DNA of 64,000 nt from Nitrososphaerota archaeon (GTDB taxonomy: Archaea; Thermoproteota; Nitrososphaeria_A; Caldarchaeales; Calditenuaceae), in NCBI GenBank assembly GCA_041641295.1, contig JBEPYO010000001.1:1024001-1088000 (forward strand), in the 5' to 3' direction. Positions within the stretch are counted from its first letter, which is position 1, and the number at the start of each line of letters is the position of its first letter. The notes under the pieces are model-generated. The model saw only the letters and a program-made list of their open reading frames with translations, was not told where the DNA came from and made no database searches. This document shows, piece by piece, positions 19,690-29,985 of the stretch. The translations under genes and the position numbers were made by a program.

Positions 19690-20694
19690 ATGCTTAGGGC
19701 TGCGATCTATGCGGGCCACTCGGCCATCCAGCTCTCGCTAGGCCTCAGGGAGGAGGGGGTTGAGGTGGCGATCTTCGGGCCGCAGGACAGGCTGAGACTC
19801 TACTCTAGGTTTCCTACAATAAGGGCGAGGCTACTCAACTACGAGGGCCCTTCACTACTTGACAAGCTGGCCGATGAGGGCTACTTCTTGATCCTCACAG
19901 GCGGATCGGTAGAGTACCTGACGCCGAAGGTGGTTGAAGAGGCGAGGATTCCGGTGTTCGGTCTCAGGGGTCTGGTGAGGTGGGAGGCTGATTGGCGGTT
20001 AAAGATCCGCCTCTTGGAGGAGGCCGGGATTCCTGTCCCACGTATATTTAGAAGCATCGAGGAGGTTGATGGCCTAGTAATTGCGAAGCTTCCCGGAGCT
20101 AAGGGTGGGCGCGGTTATCTAGTAACGCGAAGCCCCGAGGAGATTAGGAGCTGGCTGGAAAGGGTAATCCTCCAAGGCCTCATCGCCAGCCCAGACGAGG
20201 TCTTCCTCCAAGAATACATAGTCGGCACCACGATGTATGCCCACTACTTCCAGAGCCCCATAATGGATAGGCTGGAGTTGACCGGCTTCGACATAAGGTA
20301 TGAATCCAATGCCGATGGGCTTAGGCGTCTATCCCCGCGGAATATAGGGGACTTGAGGGAGGGGTTTGTGGTGACCGGAAATCTGCAGGTTTATCCTAGG
20401 GAGAGGCTTCTCGAGGACTTTATCCAGCTGGGCGAGAAGTTTGTCGAGGCCACCAAAAGGCTGATACCCCCTGGTGTGATAGGGCCTTTCTGTCTCGAAA
20501 CCGTCGTTACCGAGGATTTGAAACCCATCGTCTTCGAGTTTTCAGGGAGGATAGTTGCTGGGACAAACGTATACTTGGGCGGAAGCCCCTATCTCGCATT
20601 GTACTGGGGGCGCGAGATGACTGTGGGGAGGAGGATAGCTCTAGAGGTTAAGATGGCGGAGGAGCAGGGTAGGCTCGGGGAGGTGCTGACATAG
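19690..20694 (+). CDS. purP: PurP-family ATP-grasp protein (FAICAR synthetase-like paralog)
   Basis: [29 protein letters not shown] and [12 protein letters not shown] motifs. Confidence 0.88.
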   Translation: MLRAAIYAGHSAIQLSLGLREEGVEVAIFGPQDRLRLYSRFPTIRARLLNYEGPSLLDKLADEGYFLILTGGSVEYLTPKVVEEARIPVFGLRGLVRWEADWRLKIRLLEEAGIPVPRIFRSIEEVDGLVIAKLPGAKGGRGYLVTRSPEEIRSWLERVILQGLIASPDEVFLQEYIVGTTMYAHYFQSPIMDRLELTGFDIRYESNADGLRRLSPRNIGDLREGFVVTGNLQVYPRERLLEDFIQLGEKFVEATKRLIPPGVIGPFCLETVVTEDLKPIVFEFSGRIVAGTNVYLGGSPYLALYWGREMTVGRRIALEVKMAEEQGRLGEVLT

Positions 20695-20696
20695 CC

Positions 20697-21749
20697 TTGA
20701 AGCTGAGCATCGCATGCATTGCAAGCCACTCAGCCCTCGACGTATTTGACGGAGCGAAGGATGAGGGCTTCCCCACAATAGCCATCTGTAGGAAGGGCAG
20801 GGAACGTATCTATGCAGCCGCCCGTGAGACGGTCGACAAGTGCATAGTCCTTGACAACTACAGAGACGTTATCGACCCGCAGATCCAGGAGAAGCTGATG
20901 GATGAGGGCTCGATAATCGTGCCTAACAGGAGCATGGCGGTCTACGTGGGCTACGACGAGATCGAGAAGGAGCTCAGAGTCCCCATCTTCGGAAACAAGC
21001 GGATGCTCAGGTGGGAGGAGCGTACAGGTGAGAAGAACTACTACAGGCTGCTGGATGAGGCCGGAATCAGGCACCCCTCTGTTTGGAGCATAGACGAGGT
21101 CGCGGGGCCTGTCCTCCTCAAGGTCCAAGAGGCTGGGAGGCCCCAGGAGAGGGCATTCATATTTGCATCGGGGCGTGACGATCTCTACGCAAAGATTGAC
21201 GAGGCCCTCAAGAGGGGGATAATCTCGGAGGAGCAGCTGAAGAAGAGCGTGGCTGAAGAGCTCATAATAGGTGCCCACTTCAACATCAACTATTTCTACA
21301 GCGTAGCTAGGCAGAGGCTCGAGATACTAAGCGTCGATAGGCGGATCCAGAGCAACCTCGACGGGATACTTCACCTGCCCGCCAAGCAGCAGATGGAAAT
21401 AAACCCACAGATAAGCATGGTCGAGGTCGGGCACATACCCGTCACCCTCAGGGAAAGCCTTCTAGAGGAGGCGTACAGCATCGGTGAGAGGTTCGTGGCC
21501 GCGACAAGGAGGTTGGAGCCGCCTGGAATAATAGGCCCCTTCACCCTACAGACACTAGTCACGCCAGAGCTCCAGCTAGTCGTCTACGACGTTGCACCAC
21601 GCATAGGCGGGGGAACAAACGCCCACATGGCAATAGGAGGACAATACTCGAAGCTATTCCTCAGAAAACCAGTCTCACTGGGAAGAAGGATAGCCATAGA
21701 GATCAGGGAGATGAGCAATGAGGGAAGAACAGACGAGATAACAACCTGA
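20697..21749 (+). CDS. purP: PurP-family formate-phosphoribosylaminoimidazolecarboxamide ligase
   Basis: ASHSALD..DGAKDEGF, DRRIQSNLDG and YDVAPRIGGGTN motifs. Confidence 0.9.
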   Translation: MKLSIACIASHSALDVFDGAKDEGFPTIAICRKGRERIYAAARETVDKCIVLDNYRDVIDPQIQEKLMDEGSIIVPNRSMAVYVGYDEIEKELRVPIFGNKRMLRWEERTGEKNYYRLLDEAGIRHPSVWSIDEVAGPVLLKVQEAGRPQERAFIFASGRDDLYAKIDEALKRGIISEEQLKKSVAEELIIGAHFNINYFYSVARQRLEILSVDRRIQSNLDGILHLPAKQQMEINPQISMVEVGHIPVTLRESLLEEAYSIGERFVAATRRLEPPGIIGPFTLQTLVTPELQLVVYDVAPRIGGGTNAHMAIGGQYSKLFLRKPVSLGRRIAIEIREMSNEGRTDEITT

Positions 21750-21886
21750 ACACACAAATACTCAATAGAGAAGCCAGACAGATCCAAACACGCAGAACCA
21801 GCTCTAAACGTTAAACGGTTTTGGGTATTGATGGGCTATAATTTAAATACTTTTTTAGAAAAGTTTATTACCCATTCTCGTACGGC

Positions 21887-23095
21887 TTGAATGAGCCATC
21901 TTTGACCAATAGCGGCTCGCCAAACTCGGGGAGAGCCTTTAGGTATGTGTTTGCAGGTGTTCTGACATTCGTGGCATCCCTCACGATAGGTAACACCCCA
22001 TACCTGTTTTTCGGATATGGCATCAGCCCCCTTGGATTGCTGACAACCGGCCTCCTACTCAACCCACTGCCAGCAACCGTGATCGTCTTCGTGTCCACCA
22101 CGGCCGCCATGTCTCTTATGGCTCTGACGCGTTCAGCTTTCACACTGGTTGTAGTTGCTTTCGTCCTCCTCAGGACAGTGCAGGCCTACATTCTTTCGAG
22201 ACTTAAGCGACGGATTGGTGTAGCTGGGGCTTCAGTCATGACCGTACTTATTGGGACCGTCATAGCCACGCTCCTCGGCTTAGCATACTATGGAGAGGGC
22301 GCCATTGCAGTCACTATGACCTTCTTTGAGAGCATCTTCATCTTCCCAGCATACGTGTTGGTGAGGTCGATCAGCTTAAGGAGGCAGGGGTCTCTCCTCC
22401 TAGGAGGCGCCACGTTGCTGTCTACATTTGGTATATTCCTCTCGGCAAGCCCGTTCTGGACTCCTCTCCCCGCCGCTGTCAGCACAATAGTGTTTATGGT
22501 CTCCTCCATTCTAATTCTGCGGGGAGGGGCCTCAAGGATAATCTCTGTAGCCGTACTAGCTTTTGCTCTACTAGCGGTACCAGCTTCATTCACAAGCGAC
22601 ACTACATCCTTCTCCTACAACATGCGAAACACCTTCTACCCCCTATACCCCGACTCTCTTTCCGCATCGCAGTGGATCCAAACCAACTCGTCAGCGTCAT
22701 GCCTACAGGGGAATATAGCTGGTGCTGGGACCGTTGAAAGCGGCGTCTGGGGGCCTGAGAGACTGAGGGTCTTGAACACCTGCGTTACAATAAGCGGAAC
22801 AGTCGAGGGGGTAGCACCCACATATGGACCCGCATACGACGGCGACTTCATAATAGATGTCAGGCTCGACCCACAATACGAGCACATGCTATCTCTCGGC
22901 AGCATCATTCTCAGGAATGGCCTCATGCACGTCGAAGTTGTGCCGTCACAGCAGCCTATGTTAGCAGACAAGCTTTCAACCATTAAACCGGGAGACAGGG
23001 TCATCGTCACAGGTGCGTTTGTGATCGACACTGACCACGGCTTCTGGTCGGAGATTCATCCTACATGGGCCATCTCAATCATTCCTTCGGCATAG
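21887..23095 (+). CDS. Multi-TM protein with C-terminal OB-fold-like extracytoplasmic domain
   Basis: About 8 TM helices, then a domain with DGDF, MHVEV, KPGDRVIVTG and WSEIHP. Confidence 0.7.
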   Translation: MNEPSLTNSGSPNSGRAFRYVFAGVLTFVASLTIGNTPYLFFGYGISPLGLLTTGLLLNPLPATVIVFVSTTAAMSLMALTRSAFTLVVVAFVLLRTVQAYILSRLKRRIGVAGASVMTVLIGTVIATLLGLAYYGEGAIAVTMTFFESIFIFPAYVLVRSISLRRQGSLLLGGATLLSTFGIFLSASPFWTPLPAAVSTIVFMVSSILILRGGASRIISVAVLAFALLAVPASFTSDTTSFSYNMRNTFYPLYPDSLSASQWIQTNSSASCLQGNIAGAGTVESGVWGPERLRVLNTCVTISGTVEGVAPTYGPAYDGDFIIDVRLDPQYEHMLSLGSIILRNGLMHVEVVPSQQPMLADKLSTIKPGDRVIVTGAFVIDTDHGFWSEIHPTWAISIIPSA

Positions 23096-23189
23096 TCCAA
23101 GTATGGGTACCCACATTTGATTGAGACGTAGATGAGATTGCAACGGGAACGCATATATTCTGTGTAAGCACTAGCTTGGCTGATAAGGT

Positions 23190-24323
23190 ATGCCTTGGGC
23201 TAAAGGTCCTCAGGCCAGAACACAGCAGCTCGAGAACCTCCTTAGGAATAAGGGACTTGACGGAGCAGTTATCTCGGGAAAGAAAGAGGTCTACTATTTC
23301 ACAGGATTCATAACCACTAGGCTCATACTGCCAACCTACCTCTTCCTACGGGTGGGCCGCGAGCCAGTCTTACTCACAGGCTCTACGGATAAGGGAATAG
23401 CCTCAGCAAGCTTTGGAGGAGACATAGTGACTTTTGAGAACTATAAACTTGAGGAGCGAATGATAGCGTACCCGGGCTATGTTGCTATGGAGGCTGAAAG
23501 GCTTATCAGAGAATATTTCTCAGGGGTCAGGAGAATAGGAGCTGATGCGTGGAATCTGCCTTATTCACTCTACCAAGCCCTTGTGCGAGGGATGGGTAGT
23601 GTCGAGTTGATAGATATATCGCAGGACATATTGGCCATGAGGGCGATCAAACACCAAGACGAGCTCGAGCTAATCCAGAAGAGCTGCGAGCTCGCAGACA
23701 GGGCGTATAACATGGCCAAAACCCTAGTCACGCCTGGGAGGACAGAGGTGGAGGTCTATAGCGAGATACACAAGGAACTCAGCAGGATAGTGGGGACGTT
23801 CCAGTACTTCGCAGGCGACTTCGTCTCAGGAGAGAGGACGGTAAATATTGGAGGTCCACCTACTCCGCGAACCATCAGGGAGGGAGAGCCCTTCATCTTC
23901 GACCTATGGGTAACAACCAAGGAATACTGGTCCGATACATGTAGGACGTATGTGGTGGGCGGTAGGCCGAGCGAGGGGTTGAAGAGGCTTCACTCGATAG
24001 TTATGCGGGCTCTTGAGAGGGGGATGGAGAAGCTTAAGCCCGGAATGTCTGGGGCCCAGATCTACAGCACAATCCGCGAGACGTTCAAGGAGGCGGGCTA
24101 CGCTGAATACTTCCCCCACCACGCGGGTCATGGAATTGGGCTGGACGGGCAGGAGCCGCCATTCTTCATACCTGGGTCCACTGATACCCTGAAAGCTGGA
24201 ATGGTTGTTACACTGGAGCCCGGCCTCTATGTCCCAGGTGTTGGGGGAGTCAGGGTGGAGAACAACTTCTTGGTGACTGAGGAGGGGCCGAAAATACTGA
24301 CTTTTGCGCCGACCGATCTGTGA
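23190..24323 (+). CDS. Xaa-Pro aminopeptidase/prolidase (M24)
   Basis: Creatinase-like N-domain; metal ligands in FDL, SDTCRT, HHAGHGIG, TLEPG and GVRVEN. Confidence 0.92.
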   Translation: MPWAKGPQARTQQLENLLRNKGLDGAVISGKKEVYYFTGFITTRLILPTYLFLRVGREPVLLTGSTDKGIASASFGGDIVTFENYKLEERMIAYPGYVAMEAERLIREYFSGVRRIGADAWNLPYSLYQALVRGMGSVELIDISQDILAMRAIKHQDELELIQKSCELADRAYNMAKTLVTPGRTEVEVYSEIHKELSRIVGTFQYFAGDFVSGERTVNIGGPPTPRTIREGEPFIFDLWVTTKEYWSDTCRTYVVGGRPSEGLKRLHSIVMRALERGMEKLKPGMSGAQIYSTIRETFKEAGYAEYFPHHAGHGIGLDGQEPPFFIPGSTDTLKAGMVVTLEPGLYVPGVGGVRVENNFLVTEEGPKILTFAPTDL

Positions 24324-24331
24324 AAAGACAG

Positions 24332-26371
24332 TTACCCACTCTTTCCGCTTATCTCCTTGAGTAGTGTCTCGTAGGCGGATTTCACCTCTTCGACCGCAGC
24401 CTCGTCCTCGAGCGTGGTAATATCTCCTATCGGCTGACCGGTTGCTAGCGCCTTCATTATACGCCTCATAATCTTTCCGCTACGGGTCTTCGGTAGTCTA
24501 CTGACGATAAAGATGCTCTTCGGCTCAGCTATGGCCCCTATACGCTCCCGAACCCACTTCCTCAACTCATCTTGGACAATCTTTGCCGACGATGGAGCAT
24601 CAGCCTTAAGGACGACATAGGCGATGGGTACCTCGCCCTTCACATCGTCGGGAACGCCGCACACGGCCGCCTCGGCGACATACGGATGAGAGACCAGGGC
24701 TGACTCTAGCTCGTAGGTGCCGATCCTGTGCCCGGCTACTTTCAGCACTTCGTCAGACCTTCCTAGAACCCAGATGTATCCGTCACTGTCTCTGATGGCG
24801 TAGTCGCCTGTGAAGAAGTAGCCGAACCTCGAGAAATAGACTGAATTGTACCTTTCAGGGTCGCCGTACATGCCTGTCGGCGGGCCTGGCATTCCGGGCC
24901 AGGGTCTCTTAATTATCAAGTACCCCTTCACGCCGTTTGGAACAGGTTTGCCGTTTTCATCGACGACCTCAGCCTCGATTCCCGGGAGTGGTGGCCCGTT
25001 GGTCCCAGCCTTAAGCGGGACAAGCTTCAGGCCGGGGGCATGGGAGATAAGTATTCCACCCGTCTCCGTCATCCACCAAGTGCTTCCGACAGGGCATCTA
25101 CCACCCCCAATCAGCTCGAATAGCCACCTCCAAGCGGCCGGGTTAATCGGCTCGCCCACACTATGTATCAGCCTTAAGGTGGAGAGGTCGTGCTTGGTTA
25201 CGTGCTCTGTACCCAGTCTCATGAACGCCCTTACAGCAGTTGGTGAAGTGTAGAAGATGGTGACACCGTACCTCTCGATGATGCTCCACCACCGGTCTGG
25301 TGCAGGATAGTCGGGGGCACCTTCATACATAACCACCGTGGCCCCCGCCATCAAGGGGCCGTAGACTATGTAGGAGTGGCCGGTAACCCACCCTATGTCG
25401 GCTGTGCACCAGTAAATGTCCTCATCCCTTATGTCGAAGACCCACTTCATGGTTGCGTGGAGGAGGACCGCGTATCCTCCTGTGTCGTGGATTATTCCTT
25501 TGGGCTTGCCGGTGGTGCCTGAAGTGTATAACACGTAAAGTATGTCTGTACTCTCCATCTCCTCGGGCTTGACATAGGTATTAGGCTTTACGTCCTTGAG
25601 GAGGTCATCCAGATATACATGCCTCTCCGGATTGACTGGGGTCTCAGTATTTCCTACTCGGCGCACCAATATTATCTTCTCAACTGTCGGGCACTCTACC
25701 ACCGCCTTATCGGCGATCTCCTTTGTCCTAACTATTTTCCCTCTCCTATAGTATCCGTCGGTCGTGAAGACATATCTGGCTCCCAAGTCGCTAATCCTCG
25801 ATGCTAGGGCCTCTGCGCTGAAACCGCTGAAGACCTGAGTAAACACGACACCTATACGTGATGCAGCGAGCATCAAGATGGGCAGCTCAGGTATCATGGG
25901 CATGTAGAACGCTACCCTATCACCCCTCTTCAGGTGGAGTTTCTCCTTCATGACATAGGCGACGCGATTCACATACCTCCAGAGGTCGTAGTAGGTGAAG
26001 ATCTTAGTCTCGAGCGGCTCTCCATCATCCTTGACAGGCTCACCCTCCCAGATGAGGGCGACCTTATTCTTCCTCCAAGACTTTACATGACGGTCCAAGC
26101 AGAGATAGGACAGGTTGAGGCGGCCGCCAACAAACCATTTATAGACATTCGGATAATCTCCCCGCTCGACAACCTTCTCAAAGTTCTTGAACCACTCAAG
26201 CTCTCTCGCCACTCCAGCCCAGAACTCTTCAAACCTTTCAAGACTCTCCCTGTGGAAGGAGTGGTAATCGCTTATCGAGACCTGTCTATGCACCCAATTA
26301 TCCAGCGTTATTCTTTCCTCGAAGTTTAGCGCCTCACGTATAGATTCCGATTGACCCATGGGTCGTCTCAA
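24332..26371 (-). CDS. acs: Acetyl-CoA synthetase (AMP-forming)
   Basis: LYTSGTTGKPKG, CTADIGWVTGHSY, WWMTETGG and LPKTRSGKIMRR motifs. Confidence 0.97.
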   Translation of the reverse strand: MRRPMGQSESIREALNFEERITLDNWVHRQVSISDYHSFHRESLERFEEFWAGVARELEWFKNFEKVVERGDYPNVYKWFVGGRLNLSYLCLDRHVKSWRKNKVALIWEGEPVKDDGEPLETKIFTYYDLWRYVNRVAYVMKEKLHLKRGDRVAFYMPMIPELPILMLAASRIGVVFTQVFSGFSAEALASRISDLGARYVFTTDGYYRRGKIVRTKEIADKAVVECPTVEKIILVRRVGNTETPVNPERHVYLDDLLKDVKPNTYVKPEEMESTDILYVLYTSGTTGKPKGIIHDTGGYAVLLHATMKWVFDIRDEDIYWCTADIGWVTGHSYIVYGPLMAGATVVMYEGAPDYPAPDRWWSIIERYGVTIFYTSPTAVRAFMRLGTEHVTKHDLSTLRLIHSVGEPINPAAWRWLFELIGGGRCPVGSTWWMTETGGILISHAPGLKLVPLKAGTNGPPLPGIEAEVVDENGKPVPNGVKGYLIIKRPWPGMPGPPTGMYGDPERYNSVYFSRFGYFFTGDYAIRDSDGYIWVLGRSDEVLKVAGHRIGTYELESALVSHPYVAEAAVCGVPDDVKGEVPIAYVVLKADAPSSAKIVQDELRKWVRERIGAIAEPKSIFIVSRLPKTRSGKIMRRIMKALATGQPIGDITTLEDEAAVEEVKSAYETLLKEISGKSG

Positions 26372-26487
26372 GCTTATAGGTAATTTGCCTCATTAATAAA
26401 CTTCGGTTAGAGTATATCAATACTTTTCATTAAATTGTTTAAAATAATCTACATTTTCATCACATCTTACTAATATTACATGAGTTT

Positions 26488-26868
26488 TTATAACAGTCTC
26501 AAGTGTCGAGTCATTTTGTCAACTAAGGGTTCGGGTGCCGGTCCGACCGCGAGAGCCGTAATGGTTCCCGGCTCAACCTGAGTTAAGCCCGCGTCCTCTA
26601 TCAGGGCTGTTGGTAATCCTTCCTCCTCTACTCTCAGTTTAATTGCTAGGAGTTCTTCTAGGTTTGCAACTGAAACGACGACTTTTTTCTGCCCACTTTC
26701 TAGCCATCTTGCGGCCCACTCGGGTTTGAGCCTTGCGGCTTCGAGATAGGCTGTGAGGGAGGCGTGGGCAACTTGGGCTGCCAGTTTTCCGCGGCCAAGC
26801 CTCAAATCCCGCCTGACTATGATAACCTGCTTAAACGCCTCACCACTTGGCACTGTCTCTTCTGCCAT
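26488..26868 (-). CDS. pth2: Peptidyl-tRNA hydrolase 2
   Basis: KQVIIVRRDL, GKLAAQVAHA, GQKKVV and DAGLTQ motifs. Confidence 0.97.
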   Translation of the reverse strand: MAEETVPSGEAFKQVIIVRRDLRLGRGKLAAQVAHASLTAYLEAARLKPEWAARWLESGQKKVVVSVANLEELLAIKLRVEEEGLPTALIEDAGLTQVEPGTITALAVGPAPEPLVDKMTRHLRLL

Positions 26869-26876
26869 ACCCGTCT

Positions 26877-27725
26877 TTATGAGGGATTGACGACCCTCTT
26901 AACCACTATGTTTTTTCCGTGTCTTGATAGTGCGGCTGAGACGGGCTTGATGTATTCTTGGGTGGTTATGGCTGCTATTGCTGGTCCCGTTCCAGTGACT
27001 CCGGCTCCCAGGGCTCCTGCTGACAGTGCGTCTATCATCGGCTGGATTGGCAGGTTTAGGGCCGCCGCGTGGAGTAGGCCATTGAGTGTCATTGCCTTCC
27101 AGTAGTCGCCGCGTTCTGCTATCTTGAACGCCTCCATGACCAAGTCTTTGATAGGTGTTAGGAGCTCCCTCCGGAATCCTCTGGTGTATGTTCTCTGCTC
27201 CGGTATGAGGATTACGGCCGAGAGGCCTTGGTCTACTGACTCGTGCCTAAGTATCTTTCTACCATAGTTGTCTGTGAGAACTACGCCGCCGAGCATGCAT
27301 GCGGCCGCGTCGTCGATCGCCCCCGTTATTGATACGCCCGACCTCTGAGAGGCCTCCGCTACTGCTGCGAGGAATAAATCGTCGTCCACTTTCTCGCCCA
27401 GGGCGTCCAGAACTGCTAGGCCCACAGCCACTGCCGCAGAGCTCGAGCTCTTCAAACCAACCGCAATAGGAATATCTGACTGGGTTGTGACCCTGAATCC
27501 CAAGCCCTTGACCCCTACAAGCTCCGACACAGCCCTAACAACCTCTTTGACGAGCGAGTCGTCGCCGACGGTGTCCTTGTTAACAAGCACGGTCTCGCCT
27601 CCCTCAACCACCTCGACAACTGCCCGCGTGTAGAAGTCTACACCCAACGCTCCGCCAAACCCTGTGGAGATTGCATTAATTATTGAGACAGCGCCGTGGG
27701 CCTCGCCTACACCTCTCCTAGCCAA
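26877..27725 (-). CDS. aroK: Archaeal shikimate kinase (GHMP family)
   Basis: AHGAVSIINAI, GLKSSSS, TGAIDDAAAC and GTGPA motifs. Start is probably TTG 27725. Confidence 0.93.
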   Translation of the reverse strand: MARRGVGEAHGAVSIINAISTGFGGALGVDFYTRAVVEVVEGGETVLVNKDTVGDDSLVKEVVRAVSELVGVKGLGFRVTTQSDIPIAVGLKSSSSAAVAVGLAVLDALGEKVDDDLFLAAVAEASQRSGVSITGAIDDAAACMLGGVVLTDNYGRKILRHESVDQGLSAVILIPEQRTYTRGFRRELLTPIKDLVMEAFKIAERGDYWKAMTLNGLLHAAALNLPIQPMIDALSAGALGAGVTGTGPAIAAITTQEYIKPVSAALSRHGKNIVVKRVVNPS

Positions 27726-28041
27726 TCCCGGCGTTTCCCTGTCTGGGAAAAAATATAAAAATTGTATATCAGCTACCAAGCCCTAAACACTCTACCACTC
27801 CCCGCCATTATGTAGTCTTGGCGCTATTACGTTCCCTATCTCTCCATTCTTAGTGTAGGCAGGGTTGTTTTAAGGAGTCTATGCATTGACTGGGGCTGCG
27901 GCCTCTGCTGCTTTCACATGTCTGAGTTGTGTTGCTGGGGGTTATTTTCGCCTTGGTGCATATTCCTTTATATCTGTGCAGTTTTCAGTGTTTTTGGATG
28001 GCTCCGTTGGTCTGTGGGGCTGTCTCCCCGCCAGCCGGTGA

Positions 28042-28197
28042 ATCGATGAAGCTGGTGGCGAGAGATGGCAGGTTGAGATGGACAGGCATAGGCGGGTCTA
28101 TATTCTGAAGAGGCTGAGGCCGATGCTGGAGAAGGCAAAGGAACTCCTCATAAAGAGGGAGGATGACACAGCAATGGTGAAACCCCTACAATTCTAG
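28042..28197 (+). pseudogene. Degenerate AbrB/MazE-type DNA-binding protein (not in ORF track)
   Basis: Translates as ...WQVEMDRHRRVYILKRLRPMLEKAKELLIKREDDTAMVKPLQF*, resembling the VxxDxxGRxxIPKxxR...xxxKP consensus with the G and P lost. Start uncertain. Confidence 0.5.
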
Positions 28198-28302
28198 CCA
28201 GTTTAGCTTCCTTGGCTCAAGTTCTGCCTGGTGTGCATCAAGCTTAGTAGCATTGAAGTTATTTATCGATACCATTATATGCACATCTTCTATCCCTTTT
28301 AG

Positions 28303-29967
28303 ATGCTTGAATCATTGAAGAGGCCTATTCACAGGCGTGAAACCCATAAGAGCGTCGAAGGGCTGAGACTTTCCAATATAGTTGAGAATGTTTCGTTGCG
28401 TGAAAAGGTAGAGAAACTTCTAAACAGGCATTATCACGGAGATACACTATCGCGTAGGGATCTGATGTGGCTTGAGAGCTGTAATGAGTGCATGCCTAAC
28501 ATAGTTCAAATACCACATACGGGTACTTTAAAGATACTGGCCTTCTCCGACTACAGGATACATGAAATCGAGGAACTCTTCCACCTTCTAAGACGGCTTA
28601 ATGAGAAGCCGGACTTGATAATATATGCTGGAGACGATGTAGATAGATTTGCCCCCCTGCCTAAAGAACTAGCGTCATTCTACTTTAGTGATGAAGAACT
28701 CGAGGTTGCGGGGATCTCGGATGGTAGAAGTGTATGGACGAGTGCCGAAAACGGTTTTGCCCTACGGTTACCCGCGGAGGGTGCGGATGAGAGTGTCGCT
28801 AGGAGTAGAATCCTAAAAGTTATGGAGTTTATCGAGAGGCTTTACAGGAAGCGCTCCGAGACCAAGATTCTACAGGAGGACCATCTCAAGGAACTGCTCT
28901 CAGAATATCCAACATTTCAAATCAGACGCAATATTTCTGAGTTAACGCAGATCCATGGGGACCATATAGACGTTATAGACTGCAATACGGGAAATATCGT
29001 ACTCAGCTTCCACGAGTCAGATTCAGAGGGTCTTAATCCTTGCTACCGTTCGTGGTACTTTGACCTTTATCTAATGATTGAGAAGTACGGCCCCTCATCC
29101 ATTAACATCAAAATGATACATAAAGACGGTAGGTTTGCTTACTTTTATATCTCGTGGTGGAAGGATAACAATCTATTCGAAGAACTGGCGAGTTATGCGA
29201 AATATGGACTTGTAGCTGTGATAGGCAACGACGATAGGTCTCCTGACAGATTAAGGATTCATGGCAGAAATGTCTACGAGGCGCATAACACATGGATCAG
29301 TTTAGGCCCACTCCTCATCATCGGGGTTGAAGGGTCTACGTGCGGCATGGGATCATCTGGTAATTATAGTGAAGGGAGTGTGAGGTTGAGGCTTGAGCTT
29401 GCCCGCGAACTTTCAGAAGTTGAAAGCAAGAAGCTCCTGATAGTTTCGCACTCTCCTCCGAGGGGAGTTCTGGATAGGGCGCTGCGCTTCGGCGACGAAC
29501 CTATCGGCAGTCTAGCTCTCAGGGACTTTCTGGAGGAGTACGATAACGTCTCGCTGGTGATCTGCGGCCACGTCCATCGCTGCGGCGGGAGACATGAGAG
29601 AGTAAACTCAACGGTTGTTGTCAACGCGGGCTCACATGACGACCCATTCAGTAGGGCGAACGTTGCGTGGATAACCCTGAATCAAGACGGCCATGTGGAG
29701 GATGTGAGGTGGTTTAAGACCCCATCGCTCCTAGAGACGATTTTAACGAGGTATGAGGGTGAGGAGAGGTACAGACTCCTTAAGGAAAAAGCCGAATTTT
29801 CCGACCAGGAGGCCGTTCTATTCGTAAGCGCCTATAATAGATTTGGTGACAAGCTCTTCGAGGACCTCGATAGCCTGGCCCACATCAAGTTTAACTATGG
29901 TTTCACGTGGGATAACATGTTCCGCCTTTACGAGCGCGGCGTTACTTCCGTTGAGTCGATAACCTAG
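28303..29967 (+). CDS. Calcineurin-like metallophosphoesterase with large internal insertion (N-terminal part of a longer frame)
   Basis: FSDYR, YAGDDVD, an insertion of about 190 aa, then VIGNDD, VSHSPP and CGHVH. Ends at TAG 29965-29967, in frame with the next ORF. Confidence 0.8.
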   Translation: MLESLKRPIHRRETHKSVEGLRLSNIVENVSLREKVEKLLNRHYHGDTLSRRDLMWLESCNECMPNIVQIPHTGTLKILAFSDYRIHEIEELFHLLRRLNEKPDLIIYAGDDVDRFAPLPKELASFYFSDEELEVAGISDGRSVWTSAENGFALRLPAEGADESVARSRILKVMEFIERLYRKRSETKILQEDHLKELLSEYPTFQIRRNISELTQIHGDHIDVIDCNTGNIVLSFHESDSEGLNPCYRSWYFDLYLMIEKYGPSSINIKMIHKDGRFAYFYISWWKDNNLFEELASYAKYGLVAVIGNDDRSPDRLRIHGRNVYEAHNTWISLGPLLIIGVEGSTCGMGSSGNYSEGSVRLRLELARELSEVESKKLLIVSHSPPRGVLDRALRFGDEPIGSLALRDFLEEYDNVSLVICGHVHRCGGRHERVNSTVVVNAGSHDDPFSRANVAWITLNQDGHVEDVRWFKTPSLLETILTRYEGEERYRLLKEKAEFSDQEAVLFVSAYNRFGDKLFEDLDSLAHIKFNYGFTWDNMFRLYERGVTSVESIT

Positions 29968-29985
29968 TCGGTCTTCAGAGAGGCC

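Noticed and set aside
28026-28062. Hairpin CGCCAGC...GCTGGTGGCG with TGA words as a C/D box sRNA or tRNA fragment
   Set aside because: No proper RUGAUGA/CUGA pair or cloverleaf, and it overlaps the AbrB-like frame.
28650-29170. Intein in the metallophosphoesterase
   Set aside because: No C/S start, HN-C/S/T end or LAGLIDADG motif.
29965-29967. Pyrrolysine codon
   Set aside because: No pyl genes or methylamine methyltransferases in the window. Nonsense mutation or error is more parsimonious; kept only as an alternative.
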